Source: Chitinophagales bacterium (lineage in GTDB: Bacteria; Bacteroidota; Bacteroidia; Chitinophagales; JADJOU01). Taken from it: a stretch of DNA of 64,000 nucleotides. The notes under the pieces are model-generated. The model made no database searches, was not told the DNA's origin, and was given only the letters and a program-made list of their open reading frames with translations. Each line of letters opens with the position of its first letter. Positions within the stretch are counted from its first letter, which is position 1. The stretch spans positions 100,408 through 164,407 of the forward strand of contig JAEUUY010000021.1 of NCBI GenBank assembly GCA_016787225.1, in the 5' to 3' direction. Shown here piece after piece: positions 1 to 10,223 of this stretch. The position numbers and the translations under genes are program-made.

Positions 1-1383
1 GCATGGATTATCGGCTGGGCTTTAGTCATGGAATACAGTATAGGAAACATAGCCGTGGCTATCTCTTGGTCAGAATATTTTCAGTCCCTTTTAGGAAATT
101 TAGGTCTGAGTCTACCCGATTGGCTTGGAGTGGATTATCCTACAGCAAAGAAAGCTTTTCAAGCAGGACTATCTAATAAATATGCAGCAGCCTTCGCCTC
201 TGCCCCTAATTTGTTTGGGCTTAAAATTATAGTGAATCTCCCAGCTTTTATCATCAATATATTGATTACGGCTGTTGTATACATTGGGATAAAGGAGTCT
301 AAGAACTTCAGTAATTTCATGGTATTTTTGAAGGTAGCGGTTATTGTCTTAGTGATAACGGTAGGTTTTTTCTATGTGGATGGAGCCAACTGGAATCCCT
401 TTATGCCCAATGGGTTTACGGGTGTCATGGCTGGAGTGTCTTCGGTATTTTTTGCTTATATAGGCTTCGATGCTATCAGCACTACTGCGGAAGAGTGTCG
501 AAATCCGCATTCCGATTTGCCTAAAGGCATGTTTTATGCTTTACTCATTTGTACCATTTTATACATCTTATTGGCATTAGTATTGACAGGAATAGTACCA
601 TATCAGCTTTTGAATGTAAAAGATCCTTTGGCCTTCGTATTTTTTGAAAAGGGGATGCACTGGATAGGTGGTGTGGTGAGTGTGAGTGCTATCGTAGCCA
701 TGACCAGTGTTCTCCTGGTTTTTCAGATGGGGCAGCCACGCATCTGGATGTCTATGAGTAGAGATGGATTAATGCCTAAGAAGTTTTCAAAAATTCATCC
801 GAAATTTAAAACACCTAGCTATGCAACTATTATGACTGGTTTGGTAGTAGGGATTCCCATCTTATTCGTAGATTATGATTTGGTCATTGATTTTACCAGT
901 ATTTCCACTTTATTTGCTTTTGTTCTAGTATGTGGTGGTGTTTTATTATTGCCAGAAGAAGATAAAGACCCATCTAAATTTAGCTTGCCGAATATAAATG
1001 CCCGATTACCTTTGTTGCTTATTCTTGTCAGTCTAGTGTGTTGGGGGTTCTTTCATGATGCTGGCGCCACATATTTTAAATCCCTTTTACTCGATTATCA
1101 ATGTGATAAAACATTTTCACTTTTAGGTGTTTCATTTTTTGAATATGCCGATGCGAATGTAACCAATTATGCCTTGATACTATTTTATAGTCTCTTAGTT
1201 ATTTTTACAGGATTATCATTCCGAAAAAGATTTACTTTGATTCCCATATTAGGTTTGCTGAGTTGTGCTTATTTATTGACAAGTATGACTTTGATAAATT
1301 GGATTTATTTTTTGATATGGATGCTGATAGGCTTGGTAGTTTATTTTTTATACAGTCATAAGAATAGTAAACTCCATACCTAA
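1..1383 (+). CDS. amino acid permease (APC superfamily), 5' end cut by the window edge
   Basis: Frame 1 is open from base 1 (AWIIGWALVMEYSIGN...). It has many hydrophobic spans and an FAYIGFDAISTTAEE motif typical of APC/cationic amino-acid transporters. The ORF track (28..1383) starts only at the first Met. Confidence 0.8.
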   Translation, partial: AWIIGWALVMEYSIGNIAVAISWSEYFQSLLGNLGLSLPDWLGVDYPTAKKAFQAGLSNKYAAAFASAPNLFGLKIIVNLPAFIINILITAVVYIGIKESKNFSNFMVFLKVAVIVLVITVGFFYVDGANWNPFMPNGFTGVMAGVSSVFFAYIGFDAISTTAEECRNPHSDLPKGMFYALLICTILYILLALVLTGIVPYQLLNVKDPLAFVFFEKGMHWIGGVVSVSAIVAMTSVLLVFQMGQPRIWMSMSRDGLMPKKFSKIHPKFKTPSYATIMTGLVVGIPILFVDYDLVIDFTSISTLFAFVLVCGGVLLLPEEDKDPSKFSLPNINARLPLLLILVSLVCWGFFHDAGATYFKSLLLDYQCDKTFSLLGVSFFEYADANVTNYALILFYSLLVIFTGLSFRKRFTLIPILGLLSCAYLLTSMTLINWIYFLIWMLIGLVVYFLYSHKNSKLHT

Positions 1384-1387
1384 TACT

Positions 1388-3004
1388 TTGAAGTACCTTG
1401 TTCTCTTGCTATTCACTATTTTGTTATTCCTAAATAATGATAGCTTGGCATTATGGGAACAAGACGAGGCAGCTTATGCGGGGTTTGCCTATAATATGCT
1501 GGAAACGGGTAACTTTATCATTCCTGATTTTGAATGGAGCTGGCCTCATAGAAAGCCTCCATTTCATTTTTGGATGATAGCGGCATCATATTCTATTTTT
1601 GGTTATACTGAATTTGCTACAAGAATTCCCTCTGTCTTAGCCATATTATTTTCCTTGATTTTAGTATACTACTTTTCAAAAAGATTGTATTCTCAGAAGC
1701 TAGCTAACTGGGCATCGTTAGTTTTTATGGGAAGTCTTCTTTTGCCAGTTTATGGAAAGATAGGCATGACGGATGCTACTTTAGTTTTTTGCTTCATTGG
1801 CAGTTATTTCAGTGTATTATCATATCTGGAGTCTAAGAAAAATCAGTGGCTTTGGTGGTTATTATTTTTTACTTCTATTGGCGTGCTTACCAAAGGTCCA
1901 CCGATTTTAATCACCACATTGGGATCTTTGGGGCTTGCCTTTGTTTTAGGAAAGGAACGAAGAGAGTTTCTAAAGTTGCTGATTTTTTCTATAGTTAGTT
2001 TAATACCATTTATTATCTGGGCAGGACTTTCTTGGCATCAAGATGGTGGTGAGTTTCTCCTTTGGTGGGTGGATTGGTATATTTTGAAACGAACCACAGG
2101 TACGGTGAATAATCATACTGGTTTTATAGGCTATTATTTGCTAATTTTTATCCTCTGCTTCCTTCCTTGGATGCTTTTCTTACCACATGCATTGAAGCGA
2201 CTATTTCTTGATTTTATCAAACGCGAGAAGTCTAGCCAATTGTTGTTCCAATCGACTTGGTTAATTTCTGGATGGTTATTTTATGAAGTCTTGACGAGCA
2301 AGTTGCCATCCTACGCCTTTGCAGTCCTTCCTATATGGTTTATCTATATAGCACAATCCATCATTAATTTTAAAACCAATTCTTCTAAGTTTATACGCTA
2401 TTCTTCGCTAGCACTCGGTGTCTTTTTTATAATTGTCGGCTTCGGTATATTTGTTTTTAAAAACAAGATTCCATTTGATAATCTCGAGTTAACCTACCTA
2501 CTTGTGATTTGTTTGTTGTTTATTTTTGGGGTTCTCTATCTGATCCAAATTAAAATTCCATGGCTACAACATCGCTTACCGGAGATAGCATTTATTTTCG
2601 CCTTTGGACTTCATTTAATAGCTTGGGGCATAGCATTACCCGCCTTTGAATCCACTCGAAGATTCCCTAAAACTATTAGTGAGAAATTGGTGTCCTTAAA
2701 TTCTTCTCCGAAACATGTTTATTTTTCTGCGGACTATTCTATGTCAAGTTTGCCTGTCTATTTGGCTTGGAATGGATATCGATTTAATACTTCTCCTAGA
2801 GAAAATTACGACCAGCATACCATGGATACGCTTCGATATTCTCGTCACAAGCTCTTTATGCTTCAGCGTAGAAATCTTCATTGTTTAGATAGTATTCTGG
2901 ACTCCTTTAAACTAACTACTATATACGGATTTAAAAGTGATAAAGGCTTTGTAGATACTTTTTTTATAGCTGAGCGAAAAGGTCTCAAAGCTTCCCAGCC
3001 TTGA
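1388..3004 (+). CDS. ArnT/PMT-like (GT39/GT83-type) integral-membrane glycosyltransferase
   Basis: 538 aa and polytopic. The N-terminal loop motif WEQDEAAYAGFAYNML..GNFIIP...HRKPPFHFW matches the lipid-carrier-dependent glycosyltransferase signature. TTG start. Confidence 0.7.
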   Translation: MKYLVLLLFTILLFLNNDSLALWEQDEAAYAGFAYNMLETGNFIIPDFEWSWPHRKPPFHFWMIAASYSIFGYTEFATRIPSVLAILFSLILVYYFSKRLYSQKLANWASLVFMGSLLLPVYGKIGMTDATLVFCFIGSYFSVLSYLESKKNQWLWWLLFFTSIGVLTKGPPILITTLGSLGLAFVLGKERREFLKLLIFSIVSLIPFIIWAGLSWHQDGGEFLLWWVDWYILKRTTGTVNNHTGFIGYYLLIFILCFLPWMLFLPHALKRLFLDFIKREKSSQLLFQSTWLISGWLFYEVLTSKLPSYAFAVLPIWFIYIAQSIINFKTNSSKFIRYSSLALGVFFIIVGFGIFVFKNKIPFDNLELTYLLVICLLFIFGVLYLIQIKIPWLQHRLPEIAFIFAFGLHLIAWGIALPAFESTRRFPKTISEKLVSLNSSPKHVYFSADYSMSSLPVYLAWNGYRFNTSPRENYDQHTMDTLRYSRHKLFMLQRRNLHCLDSILDSFKLTTIYGFKSDKGFVDTFFIAERKGLKASQP

Positions 3005-4010
3005 CCTTAAATGGATTGATTGTATTTCGCATTAAATAAAATCCGAAAAGGGATGGAATTAATAGATTGATTATCCAGATCAAGTAATTAACTGCCATAA
3101 GCTGAGCAAAGTTCTTTGTATATAGACTGAATACGAACAAAACTAAATTAGCACGGATACCTACATCCAGAGCTCCCATAGAGGGTATGACAAACTGAGC
3201 TAAGAAATAAACACCGCAGAGAACATAAAATTCTAGTTGAGGGAAATCATTGAAGAAGATAAACATCAGTAACCAATACTGTGTCACGAAAATAAAAAAG
3301 CGAATAGAGCCTATTCCGATTAGCGTTAGTTTTGTAGCTAAATTATAATGTAAAAATTCCCCGATAGTTTCGAATATACTGCGCAGAGATTTTACTTTAG
3401 CGAGAAAGTTAATCATAATCTCTGGTTTGAGGTACATAAATAACCAAAATAGTACGTCTATGAGAGATATGAGAGATATGATACCTGCTATAGATAATCC
3501 GAAGGAAAAAATGTTTATTTTTTCTTGAGACAAGAATCCATGAAAATGAGCATAAGTTAGAAATATGAGCCCAACCAATGGGGATGCTACCTTTTGTACT
3601 ATACTGACATAATATGCAACTCCTGAACCATGTATCCGATTCTCTGATTTTAATACTAAAGGACGGCCAGTCAATTCACCTATACTGGCCGGGAAAATAA
3701 GATTTAAGGCATTACCATATAGGATACCGCGATAGGCTAACCAATAGCTAATTTTTTCAACACGCTGAACACAGAGATAAAACTTCAGTGTCTCGAATCC
3801 CCAATTGAAGAAAGTAAGAAATACAACAAAAAATAAATAGTATAATTTATCAGAAGCAAACTCGCGCTGAAATATTTCTAGGGTCTCCTGAAATCCTTTT
3901 TCGGAGAACTTTGAATACAAATTGTAGAATAGGAGAGCAGCTAAACCAAACTTTAAGATAATGACATTTATCTTCTTATGTTCTTTCCAAAAGGCTTTTA
4001 GTTTGTCCAA
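2985..4010 (-). CDS. flippase-like / lysylphosphatidylglycerol-synthase TM-region (UPF0104) family membrane protein
   Basis: 341 aa with about 8 TM segments. NALNLIFPASIGELTGRPLVL resembles the UPF0104 conserved loop. It is convergent with the ArnT-like gene and overlaps it by 20 nt. Confidence 0.45.
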   Translation of the reverse strand: MDKLKAFWKEHKKINVIILKFGLAALLFYNLYSKFSEKGFQETLEIFQREFASDKLYYLFFVVFLTFFNWGFETLKFYLCVQRVEKISYWLAYRGILYGNALNLIFPASIGELTGRPLVLKSENRIHGSGVAYYVSIVQKVASPLVGLIFLTYAHFHGFLSQEKINIFSFGLSIAGIISLISLIDVLFWLFMYLKPEIMINFLAKVKSLRSIFETIGEFLHYNLATKLTLIGIGSIRFFIFVTQYWLLMFIFFNDFPQLEFYVLCGVYFLAQFVIPSMGALDVGIRANLVLFVFSLYTKNFAQLMAVNYLIWIINLLIPSLFGFYLMRNTINPFKVKAGKL

Positions 4011-4036
4011 AGGATTTAGCTAGATGGCTTTTATTT

Positions 4037-5137
4037 TTAGACGTTGAAGCGGAAATGCATAATATCCCCATCCTTGACCAGATATTCTTTCCCTTCTACC
4101 CTCAATTTTCCTGCCTCTTTTACCTTTGCCTCACCTCCTAAACCTATAAAATCTTGATAGGCGATGACTTCAGCTCGTATAAACCCTTTTTCAAAATCGG
4201 TATGAATGACTCCAGCAGCCTGAGGAGCAGTGTCTCCTTCATGAATAGTCCACGCTCTAACTTCTTTGACACCTGCGGTGAAATATGTGATTAACTTCAA
4301 TAAAGAGTAAGATTTTTGAATCAATTGTTCTACCCCAGATTGTTCAAGACCTAAGTCTGCTAAAAATGCTTTTCTGTCTTCAAAATTTTCTAACTGAGCT
4401 ATATCAGCTTCTATAGCAGCACTGATAATGAGTACTTCTGCATTTTCGTCTTTCACGGATTTTTTCAATGCTTCTACATGTTCATTGCCAGTTTTAGCCG
4501 AAGCTTCATCCACATTGCACACATAGAGAATAGGTTTATTGGTCAATAAATTAAGTGTTTTAACGATCCATTCTTGATCATCTCTAAATGCAATTGTTCT
4601 AGCAGACTTTCCATCTTCTAGACAGGCTTTATATTGCTGGAGTAGTTCCATAGCTGCTATAGCTTGCTTGTCACTGCCTACCTTAGCCTGCTTCTCATAT
4701 TTTTGCATGGCTTTCGTAACCGTTTCTAAATCCTTTAACTGTAGCTCTATATCGATTACTTCTTTATCGCGAACAGGATTCACACTTCCATCGACATGGA
4801 TAACATTGGCATCTTCAAAACAGCGTATAACATGCAATATGGCATCGGTTTCTTTGATATTACCTAGAAATTGATTGCCTAGTCCTTCGCCCTTACTGGC
4901 TCCTTTGACCAGACCTGCTATATCTACGATTTCTACCGTTGTAGGCACAAGTTTTTCAGGTACTACAATTTCTGAAATTTTTGTCAATCTTTGATCTGGA
5001 ACGGTAATCACACCTACATTCGGCTCTATCGTGCAAAAAGGAAAATTGGCAGCTTGTGCTTTTGCATTCGTCAATGCATTGAAAATTGTTGATTTCCCTA
5101 CATTTGGCAATCCTACTATCCCACATTTTAATCCCAT
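4037..5137 (-). CDS. ychF: redox-regulated ATPase YchF (Obg-like GTPase family)
   Basis: The N-terminus MGLKCGIVGLPNVGKSTIFNALT, the 366-aa length and the C-terminal TGS-like end (DGDIMHFRFNV) fit YchF. Confidence 0.95.
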   Translation of the reverse strand: MGLKCGIVGLPNVGKSTIFNALTNAKAQAANFPFCTIEPNVGVITVPDQRLTKISEIVVPEKLVPTTVEIVDIAGLVKGASKGEGLGNQFLGNIKETDAILHVIRCFEDANVIHVDGSVNPVRDKEVIDIELQLKDLETVTKAMQKYEKQAKVGSDKQAIAAMELLQQYKACLEDGKSARTIAFRDDQEWIVKTLNLLTNKPILYVCNVDEASAKTGNEHVEALKKSVKDENAEVLIISAAIEADIAQLENFEDRKAFLADLGLEQSGVEQLIQKSYSLLKLITYFTAGVKEVRAWTIHEGDTAPQAAGVIHTDFEKGFIRAEVIAYQDFIGLGGEAKVKEAGKLRVEGKEYLVKDGDIMHFRFNV

Positions 5138-5275
5138 CTTACTTACTAACTTTTTTGAAATATTTAAAAGTACAAATGTAGATGAAAAAATTTATTTATT
5201 AATTCTCTCTAGTAATGCGACTTGAGGCGAAATTATTCTTAGTTGACTAGAGGCATGTGGTTAAACATAGTATTT

Positions 5276-6133
5276 CTAGGATTTTTGGTATTCCATGTAT
5301 AACTTTATGACCTCCTTAGCTTCTTGTACATCATGAACTCTCAGTATATTAGCTCCATTTCTCAATGCCTCAAAATGAAGGGCTGTAGTGCCATTTAAGG
5401 CTTCCTGTGGCGTATTTCCTAGACATTTATATATCATGCTTTTTCTGGATATACCTACTAAGATCGGACAGTTAAATTCTTGAAATATAGCTAGGTTCTT
5501 AAGAAGTGAGAAGTTATCCGTTTGACTTTTCCCGAATCCAAATCCGACATCCAATATAATATCGACGATACCTATTCTTCGCATCATGTGGAGTCGTTCA
5601 CTAAAAAAATACATGATTTCTTGTATTAAATTCTGATAATCAGGTTTAATTTGCATATTTTGAGGCATACCTTGCATATGCATTGCTATATAGGGAACAC
5701 CATACTTTTTTGCTACTTGCAAAATCTTTGGATCTTTCAGCCCTGCAGTGATATCATTAATGATACTTATTCCATTGTCTATTGCATATTCTGCTATTTC
5801 ACTTCTATAGGTATCGATGCTGAATATGGTCTTAGGAAAGTTTTTAATTAGTTCTGGCAAGATACTTCTGATTCTTGAGAGCTCTTCGTCTAAAGGCAAT
5901 TCTTTACTATAAGGCCGTGAACTCATAGCTCCAATATCGATGATATCAACACCATCCTTTATCATTTTTTCGGTTTGTAAAAGGATATTTTTCGTTGTCG
6001 AATAAAAGCCACCATCATAAAATGAGTCTGGTGTAAGATTTAGAATCCCCATGACTAAAGGTTGATCGATAGTGAAGAGAGAACCCTTTATATTTATATT
6101 GAAACTGTGCTGTATTGACCTATCTTTTTTCAT
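5276..6133 (-). CDS. folP: dihydropteroate synthase
   Basis: GILNLTPDSFYDGG, DIIDIGAMSSRP and the RVHDV motif are present. Confidence 0.92.
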   Translation of the reverse strand: MKKDRSIQHSFNINIKGSLFTIDQPLVMGILNLTPDSFYDGGFYSTTKNILLQTEKMIKDGVDIIDIGAMSSRPYSKELPLDEELSRIRSILPELIKNFPKTIFSIDTYRSEIAEYAIDNGISIINDITAGLKDPKILQVAKKYGVPYIAMHMQGMPQNMQIKPDYQNLIQEIMYFFSERLHMMRRIGIVDIILDVGFGFGKSQTDNFSLLKNLAIFQEFNCPILVGISRKSMIYKCLGNTPQEALNGTTALHFEALRNGANILRVHDVQEAKEVIKLYMEYQKS

Positions 6134-6195
6134 TAATCTATGTTGATTTCCTAGTTGACAAAAGTAAGGATTAATTTAGCTTTAACTTTTTCAAT

Positions 6196-6203
6196 TATAT
6201 TTG
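6196..6203 (+). promoter_or_regulatory. Bacteroidetes-type -7 promoter box TATATTTG
   Basis: TAnnTTTG lies 10 nt upstream of the ATG at 6214. Confidence 0.4.
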
Positions 6204-6213
6204 CAATTCAAAT

Positions 6214-6765
6214 ATGAAAAATTCAACAGAAATTTCTTTTAAAAAAATCATAGCTGACTGCAAGGATGTCTTTTTAAAGAAAAATCAAGATTATGGTATC
6301 TCTTGGACTATTATGCGCTTGAGTTCATTGACCGATCAAATTTTTATTAAGGCTAAGCGTATTCGCAATATTCAGGAGTCAAAGAAAAATGTCATAGGAG
6401 ATACACAAGAAGAAGAGTTTCACAGTATAATCAATTATTGTATTATGGCTATGATAATAGCTAGTCATGAAGAGCAAAGATTAAGTGCTATGTTGTTTGA
6501 AGACCTTAAAACGAGCTATGAAGAGATAGTGGATGATACTCTGAATTTATTGCAGCGAAAAAATACAGATTATGGTGAAGTTTGGCGAGATATGCGAGTT
6601 TCCTCTATGACGGATATTATCTTAGCTAAGCTCCTTAGAATAAAGCAAATCGAAGACAATCAAGGTCAAACCTCCATTTCAGAAGGAGCTTATTCCAATT
6701 ACCAGGATATATTAAATTACTCTATTTTTTGCATTATTAAACTCTCTGAAGAGAATCTGGGCTAG
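6214..6765 (+). CDS. DUF1599-like protein (two internal repeats)
   Basis: 183 aa with a duplicated module (KNQDYGISWTIMRLSSLTDQIFIKAKRI / KNTDYGEVWRDMRVSSMTDIILAKLLRI). As I remember it, this is the DUF1599 signature, and such genes commonly sit beside folP in Bacteroidetes. Confidence 0.55.
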   Translation: MKNSTEISFKKIIADCKDVFLKKNQDYGISWTIMRLSSLTDQIFIKAKRIRNIQESKKNVIGDTQEEEFHSIINYCIMAMIIASHEEQRLSAMLFEDLKTSYEEIVDDTLNLLQRKNTDYGEVWRDMRVSSMTDIILAKLLRIKQIEDNQGQTSISEGAYSNYQDILNYSIFCIIKLSEENLG

Positions 6766-6887
6766 TTAAAATTTGTCTTAAATTGCACATTTTATTAGGT
6801 AATTTTATTTTATTTAAAAAATGTAGCATTTTCTTTAGAAAAAATTAATTGTTGGAAAAAAAGTTATATTTTTGAGACTTTTAAAAA

Positions 6888-6895
6888 TATCTTTG
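6888..6895 (+). promoter_or_regulatory. -7 promoter box TATCTTTG
   Basis: TAnnTTTG lies 25 nt upstream of the ATG at 6921. Confidence 0.4.
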
Positions 6896-6920
6896 CGATA
6901 CACAAATTTAAACTAAAATT

Positions 6921-9674
6921 ATGAAGAAATTCAACTTAGTATTATTCTCATTTTGCTTTATAGCCTTGCTTGGATTCATAGCGAGTCGACCGATGAAAGG
7001 TTTTGAATACATGGCTTCGTATAAAAAATCTAAAAAGATGCCATTGGAAAGTAGAATTGAAGGTAGGGCAGTAGAGCGTGCTAATCAGCTTCGCAATGTA
7101 GTTACTGGCATAGTGGATGAAAATGATTGGTATAAAGCTTTAGCTGAAATCGAGGAACTTTCTAACAACAGATTATCTGCACGCGGTGAAGAACTAGAGT
7201 GGGAAGATCAAGGTCCAAGTCAAGTAGGTGGAAGAACACGTGGATTTGTTTTTGACAAAACTAAAGAAGGTAGAGTATATTGTGGTGGTGTTTCTGGTGG
7301 TATGTTCGTTTCTGAGAATCTCGGACATAATTGGAAACCAGTAAAAAATATGACAGATGTATTCAAGGTGATGCCCATCGGATGCATGACTCAATCAAAA
7401 GACGGAGACATTTATGCAGGTACAGGAGAGTTCTGGGGCAATAATCCTGCTGGTAGCTTTGGCTCTCAGTTCAATGGTAATGGTATCTATAAGAAAAAAT
7501 TCGATGAAGAAGAATTTGTGCACTTGACATCAACCATCAATGGTTCATTGACCAATCCTCAACCGGCTCAGTTTAAGCAAGTTTTGGATATTTCTTGCAA
7601 TCCCTTGGATAACGATATCGTTTTTGCAGCTACTGATAATGGTATGCAAGTTTCAAAAGACGCTGGTGCAACGTGGACGAAATCAACAGCTGTTCCTAAC
7701 GTAGTAATAGCACAAGTTGAGTTTTCACACGATGGCTCTGTTATTTACGCTGCTTGGGGTGGTAAGGTATATAAATCAACGAATGGCGGTACATCATTTG
7801 TTGATTTGATTGGCACTAGAACGCAGTTTACAGCTGAAGTTGCATATGGTAAACAGCATATAAGAATTGCCGTTTCATCTACGGATCCTAATAAGATATA
7901 TGCTTGTGGTATTAATTCTTCTCGAGGAGGTGATCTGAAATATGTTATTCTATCCGAAGATGGAGGTACTTCTTGGGAGTTAATAGGAAAATCAGATGCT
8001 AGCTTTAGTCCATTGTGTTCCACATTAGGTTGTCAAGGTTTTTATGATTTATGTTTGGCGGTTCATCCTCGTGATGATAATAAAATATTTCTAGGAGGTT
8101 CTGTAAAAGCCTACGGCTGGTCTAGAAATCAGGGATGGGTTCAGGCTTCCAATTGGAATTCACCGGCAATTCTTGGCTTGAATTTGGTTCATGCTGATAA
8201 TCATGAATTTGCTTTTCATCCTACCAGACCTGATACTATGGTTATTTGTACAGATGGGGGACCTTATATAACGTTCAATTCACTTTCTTCTTTTCCTAAT
8301 TCTACTTGGAAGCCAATATTTACTGGATTAAATATAACTCAGTTTTACGATATGGCAGTGAATAAGTATGGAGAGCTTGTGGGAGGAACACAGGATAATG
8401 GTACCCAGTTTATTACACTGACATCCAAAAACAATGTAGCATTAGAGATTAGTGGGGGTGATGGATTTGATTGTGCTATTTCCGCAGCTAATAATTATCA
8501 AACGGCCTACACCTCGGTTTATAATGGTTCTGTATCTAGAACTACTGACCTAACTACTACTCGCAAGGCATTGGCTGCTGGTTGTGTAGAAGAAGGTGGA
8601 AATTTTTCGAATGTAGGTTTTCATACTCGTTTAGGTTTAGTGGAGAAAGTTAAGGTGAGCCCAGGTGTTTTTGATGAGGTTGAAAAATCTTTCTTATTTA
8701 TTTTTAATGATAATGGACAATATACCATTTCAACCAATGCTCATATTCCTTCAAAACCTACAGCATTTACTAACTGGGAGTCTGGGGGAATTGGTGATAT
8801 CTTAGGTATACACAGTACCAAGGATATAAGCACAATTTATATCTACGGTACAGGTGGAGTGAGAAAAAACACCACACTGGCTAGTATAGACTCTTTTCCT
8901 GTAGATAATTCTACAACCAACCAACCTTGCCTAAGAAGACCAAATCTTATGTGGACTACTCTATCTGGAATTACAGGTCCTGTAGGTGGCTTGTACGTTC
9001 ACCAAACGAATGCTAATTATGTTGTAGCTACACAGATAGGCTTTGGTGGTACTACCAAGGTGTTTTTATCGACAAATGGTAGCAGCTTTGTAGGTAAGCA
9101 AGGCAACTTGCCGGTGATGCCAGTTTATACCTGTGCCATAGATCCAGATGATGAAAATCATGTGGTGGTAGGTACCGAATTTGGTATCTGGGAGACAGAG
9201 GATATCAGCGCTGCCTCACCTGTATGGCGTGAAGCTAACAAGAATATTGGTCGCGTACCAGTATTTAAACTTCGGGTAAATTATCTTAATGATGAAAACT
9301 GTACGGTACTATATGCAGGTAGTCATGGACGTGGATTCTGGAGAGTTCCATTTCCATTCAAATCTACATGTGACTATACGAGAAAAGTTCGCAGTGGTAT
9401 AGATTATATCAATAATATAAACATTAAATTTGATATTTATCCTAATCCTACCACTGATAAAATTAATATATCGTTTGAATCTAAGAAGGTAGACAATTAT
9501 ACCATAGCCATCTATGATATGGCAGGCAGAGTTGTGAAGAGAATGGCATATCGTGCGATATCAGGTGATAATATGATCAATACCGATGTGAGTAATCTAA
9601 ATAACGGTAAATACATAGTTCGAGTAGAAGATGGAAATAATATCGTAGGAGGAAAGATAATTGTCAAGAATTAA
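6921..9674 (+). CDS. secreted BNR/Asp-box beta-propeller (sortilin/VPS10- or GH74-like) protein with T9SS C-terminal sorting domain, paralog 1
   Basis: It has an N-terminal signal/anchor and several S/T-x-D-x-G-x-T/S-W Asp-boxes (SKDAGATWTKS, SEDGGTSWELI, STNGGTSF). The C-terminus DIYPNPTTDKINISF...GKYIVRV is typical of Por_Secre_tail. Confidence 0.75.
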   Translation: MKKFNLVLFSFCFIALLGFIASRPMKGFEYMASYKKSKKMPLESRIEGRAVERANQLRNVVTGIVDENDWYKALAEIEELSNNRLSARGEELEWEDQGPSQVGGRTRGFVFDKTKEGRVYCGGVSGGMFVSENLGHNWKPVKNMTDVFKVMPIGCMTQSKDGDIYAGTGEFWGNNPAGSFGSQFNGNGIYKKKFDEEEFVHLTSTINGSLTNPQPAQFKQVLDISCNPLDNDIVFAATDNGMQVSKDAGATWTKSTAVPNVVIAQVEFSHDGSVIYAAWGGKVYKSTNGGTSFVDLIGTRTQFTAEVAYGKQHIRIAVSSTDPNKIYACGINSSRGGDLKYVILSEDGGTSWELIGKSDASFSPLCSTLGCQGFYDLCLAVHPRDDNKIFLGGSVKAYGWSRNQGWVQASNWNSPAILGLNLVHADNHEFAFHPTRPDTMVICTDGGPYITFNSLSSFPNSTWKPIFTGLNITQFYDMAVNKYGELVGGTQDNGTQFITLTSKNNVALEISGGDGFDCAISAANNYQTAYTSVYNGSVSRTTDLTTTRKALAAGCVEEGGNFSNVGFHTRLGLVEKVKVSPGVFDEVEKSFLFIFNDNGQYTISTNAHIPSKPTAFTNWESGGIGDILGIHSTKDISTIYIYGTGGVRKNTTLASIDSFPVDNSTTNQPCLRRPNLMWTTLSGITGPVGGLYVHQTNANYVVATQIGFGGTTKVFLSTNGSSFVGKQGNLPVMPVYTCAIDPDDENHVVVGTEFGIWETEDISAASPVWREANKNIGRVPVFKLRVNYLNDENCTVLYAGSHGRGFWRVPFPFKSTCDYTRKVRSGIDYINNINIKFDIYPNPTTDKINISFESKKVDNYTIAIYDMAGRVVKRMAYRAISGDNMINTDVSNLNNGKYIVRVEDGNNIVGGKIIVKN

Positions 9675-9698
9675 ATAAATTTTCATTTTTTAAGCAAG

Positions 9699-9731
9699 AA
9701 GGCAGCCGTATTGGGCTGCCTTTTGTTTTTT
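9699..9731 (+). terminator. rho-independent terminator
   Basis: AAGGCAGCC-gtattg-GGCTGCCTT is followed by TTGTTTTTT, 25 nt after the stop codon. Confidence 0.7.
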
Positions 9732-9804
9732 ACTATCCGAATTTCTATTTTAAGTAGGCATTAAAAATTGAAAAGATTAGCGCAATGGTATTTGTATTAT
9801 TTTA

Positions 9805-9930
9805 TACCGTAAGCGTATTAGTAATAGTCCAATGTCGCATGGCTCATTGCACTAAACAAATACAGCTACGGCATTTACCATAGCAAGGTTTTAAAATGGG
9901 TTGGACCATTTTAAAACCGCTATTGGTATT
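9805..9930. repeat. 126-bp structured intergenic repeat, copy A
   Basis: It matches 21584..21709 at 123/126 positions. It contains a 13-bp perfect stem GGTTTTAAAATGG/CCATTTTAAAACC (9888-9919), extended by TACCATAGC/GCTATTGGTA. A second imperfect stem pairs 9805-9820 with 9866-9881. Confidence 0.85.
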
Positions 9931-9973
9931 ACATGGATATTATCACGAATTAAAAACTTCTACTGTATTTTTT

Positions 9974-10011
9974 TAGCAAAGTTTTACTATGGGTTTGACC
10001 ATATGAAGTTG
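9974..10011. repeat. degenerate partial copy of the hairpin domain of the 126-bp repeat
   Basis: TAGCAAAGTTTTACTATGGGTTTGACCATATGAAGTTG aligns with 9882-9920 (TAGCAAGGTTTTAAAATGGGTTGGACCATTTTAAAACCG). Confidence 0.5.
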
Positions 10012-10223
10012 TAGTAAATGTATGATTTTCAAGCTAAATTCGGACTTTTTTGTCAACTTTTTATTGCAGAAAATTAAGCAAATTTATATATATTAAGCAT
10101 TAAGCTGTTTATTTTTTTTTATTATCTAGTAAAATCAATTTAAAAATTTCGAGGTTGGAACAAAGTCATTTTTTTAAGTGTATTGACTAGAAATTAGCTA
10201 TCACCAAATTAAAAATTAAATTT

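Noticed and set aside
4668-5225. Short ORFs antisense to, or overlapping, well-supported genes. Examples are 4668-4874, 5031-5225, 5651-5851, 7194-7394, 7745-8023, 10523-10714, 13264-13515 and 17589-17798. Many similar 60-110-aa entries occur throughout the track, such as 28980-29237, 39356-39667, 44910-45248, 46266-46544 and 52058-52342.
   Set aside because: Each lies entirely within a longer ORF on the other strand that has clear family motifs. Their translations are low-complexity or Cys/Ser/Phe-rich with no recognisable motif. They are typical shadow ORFs of an AT-rich genome.
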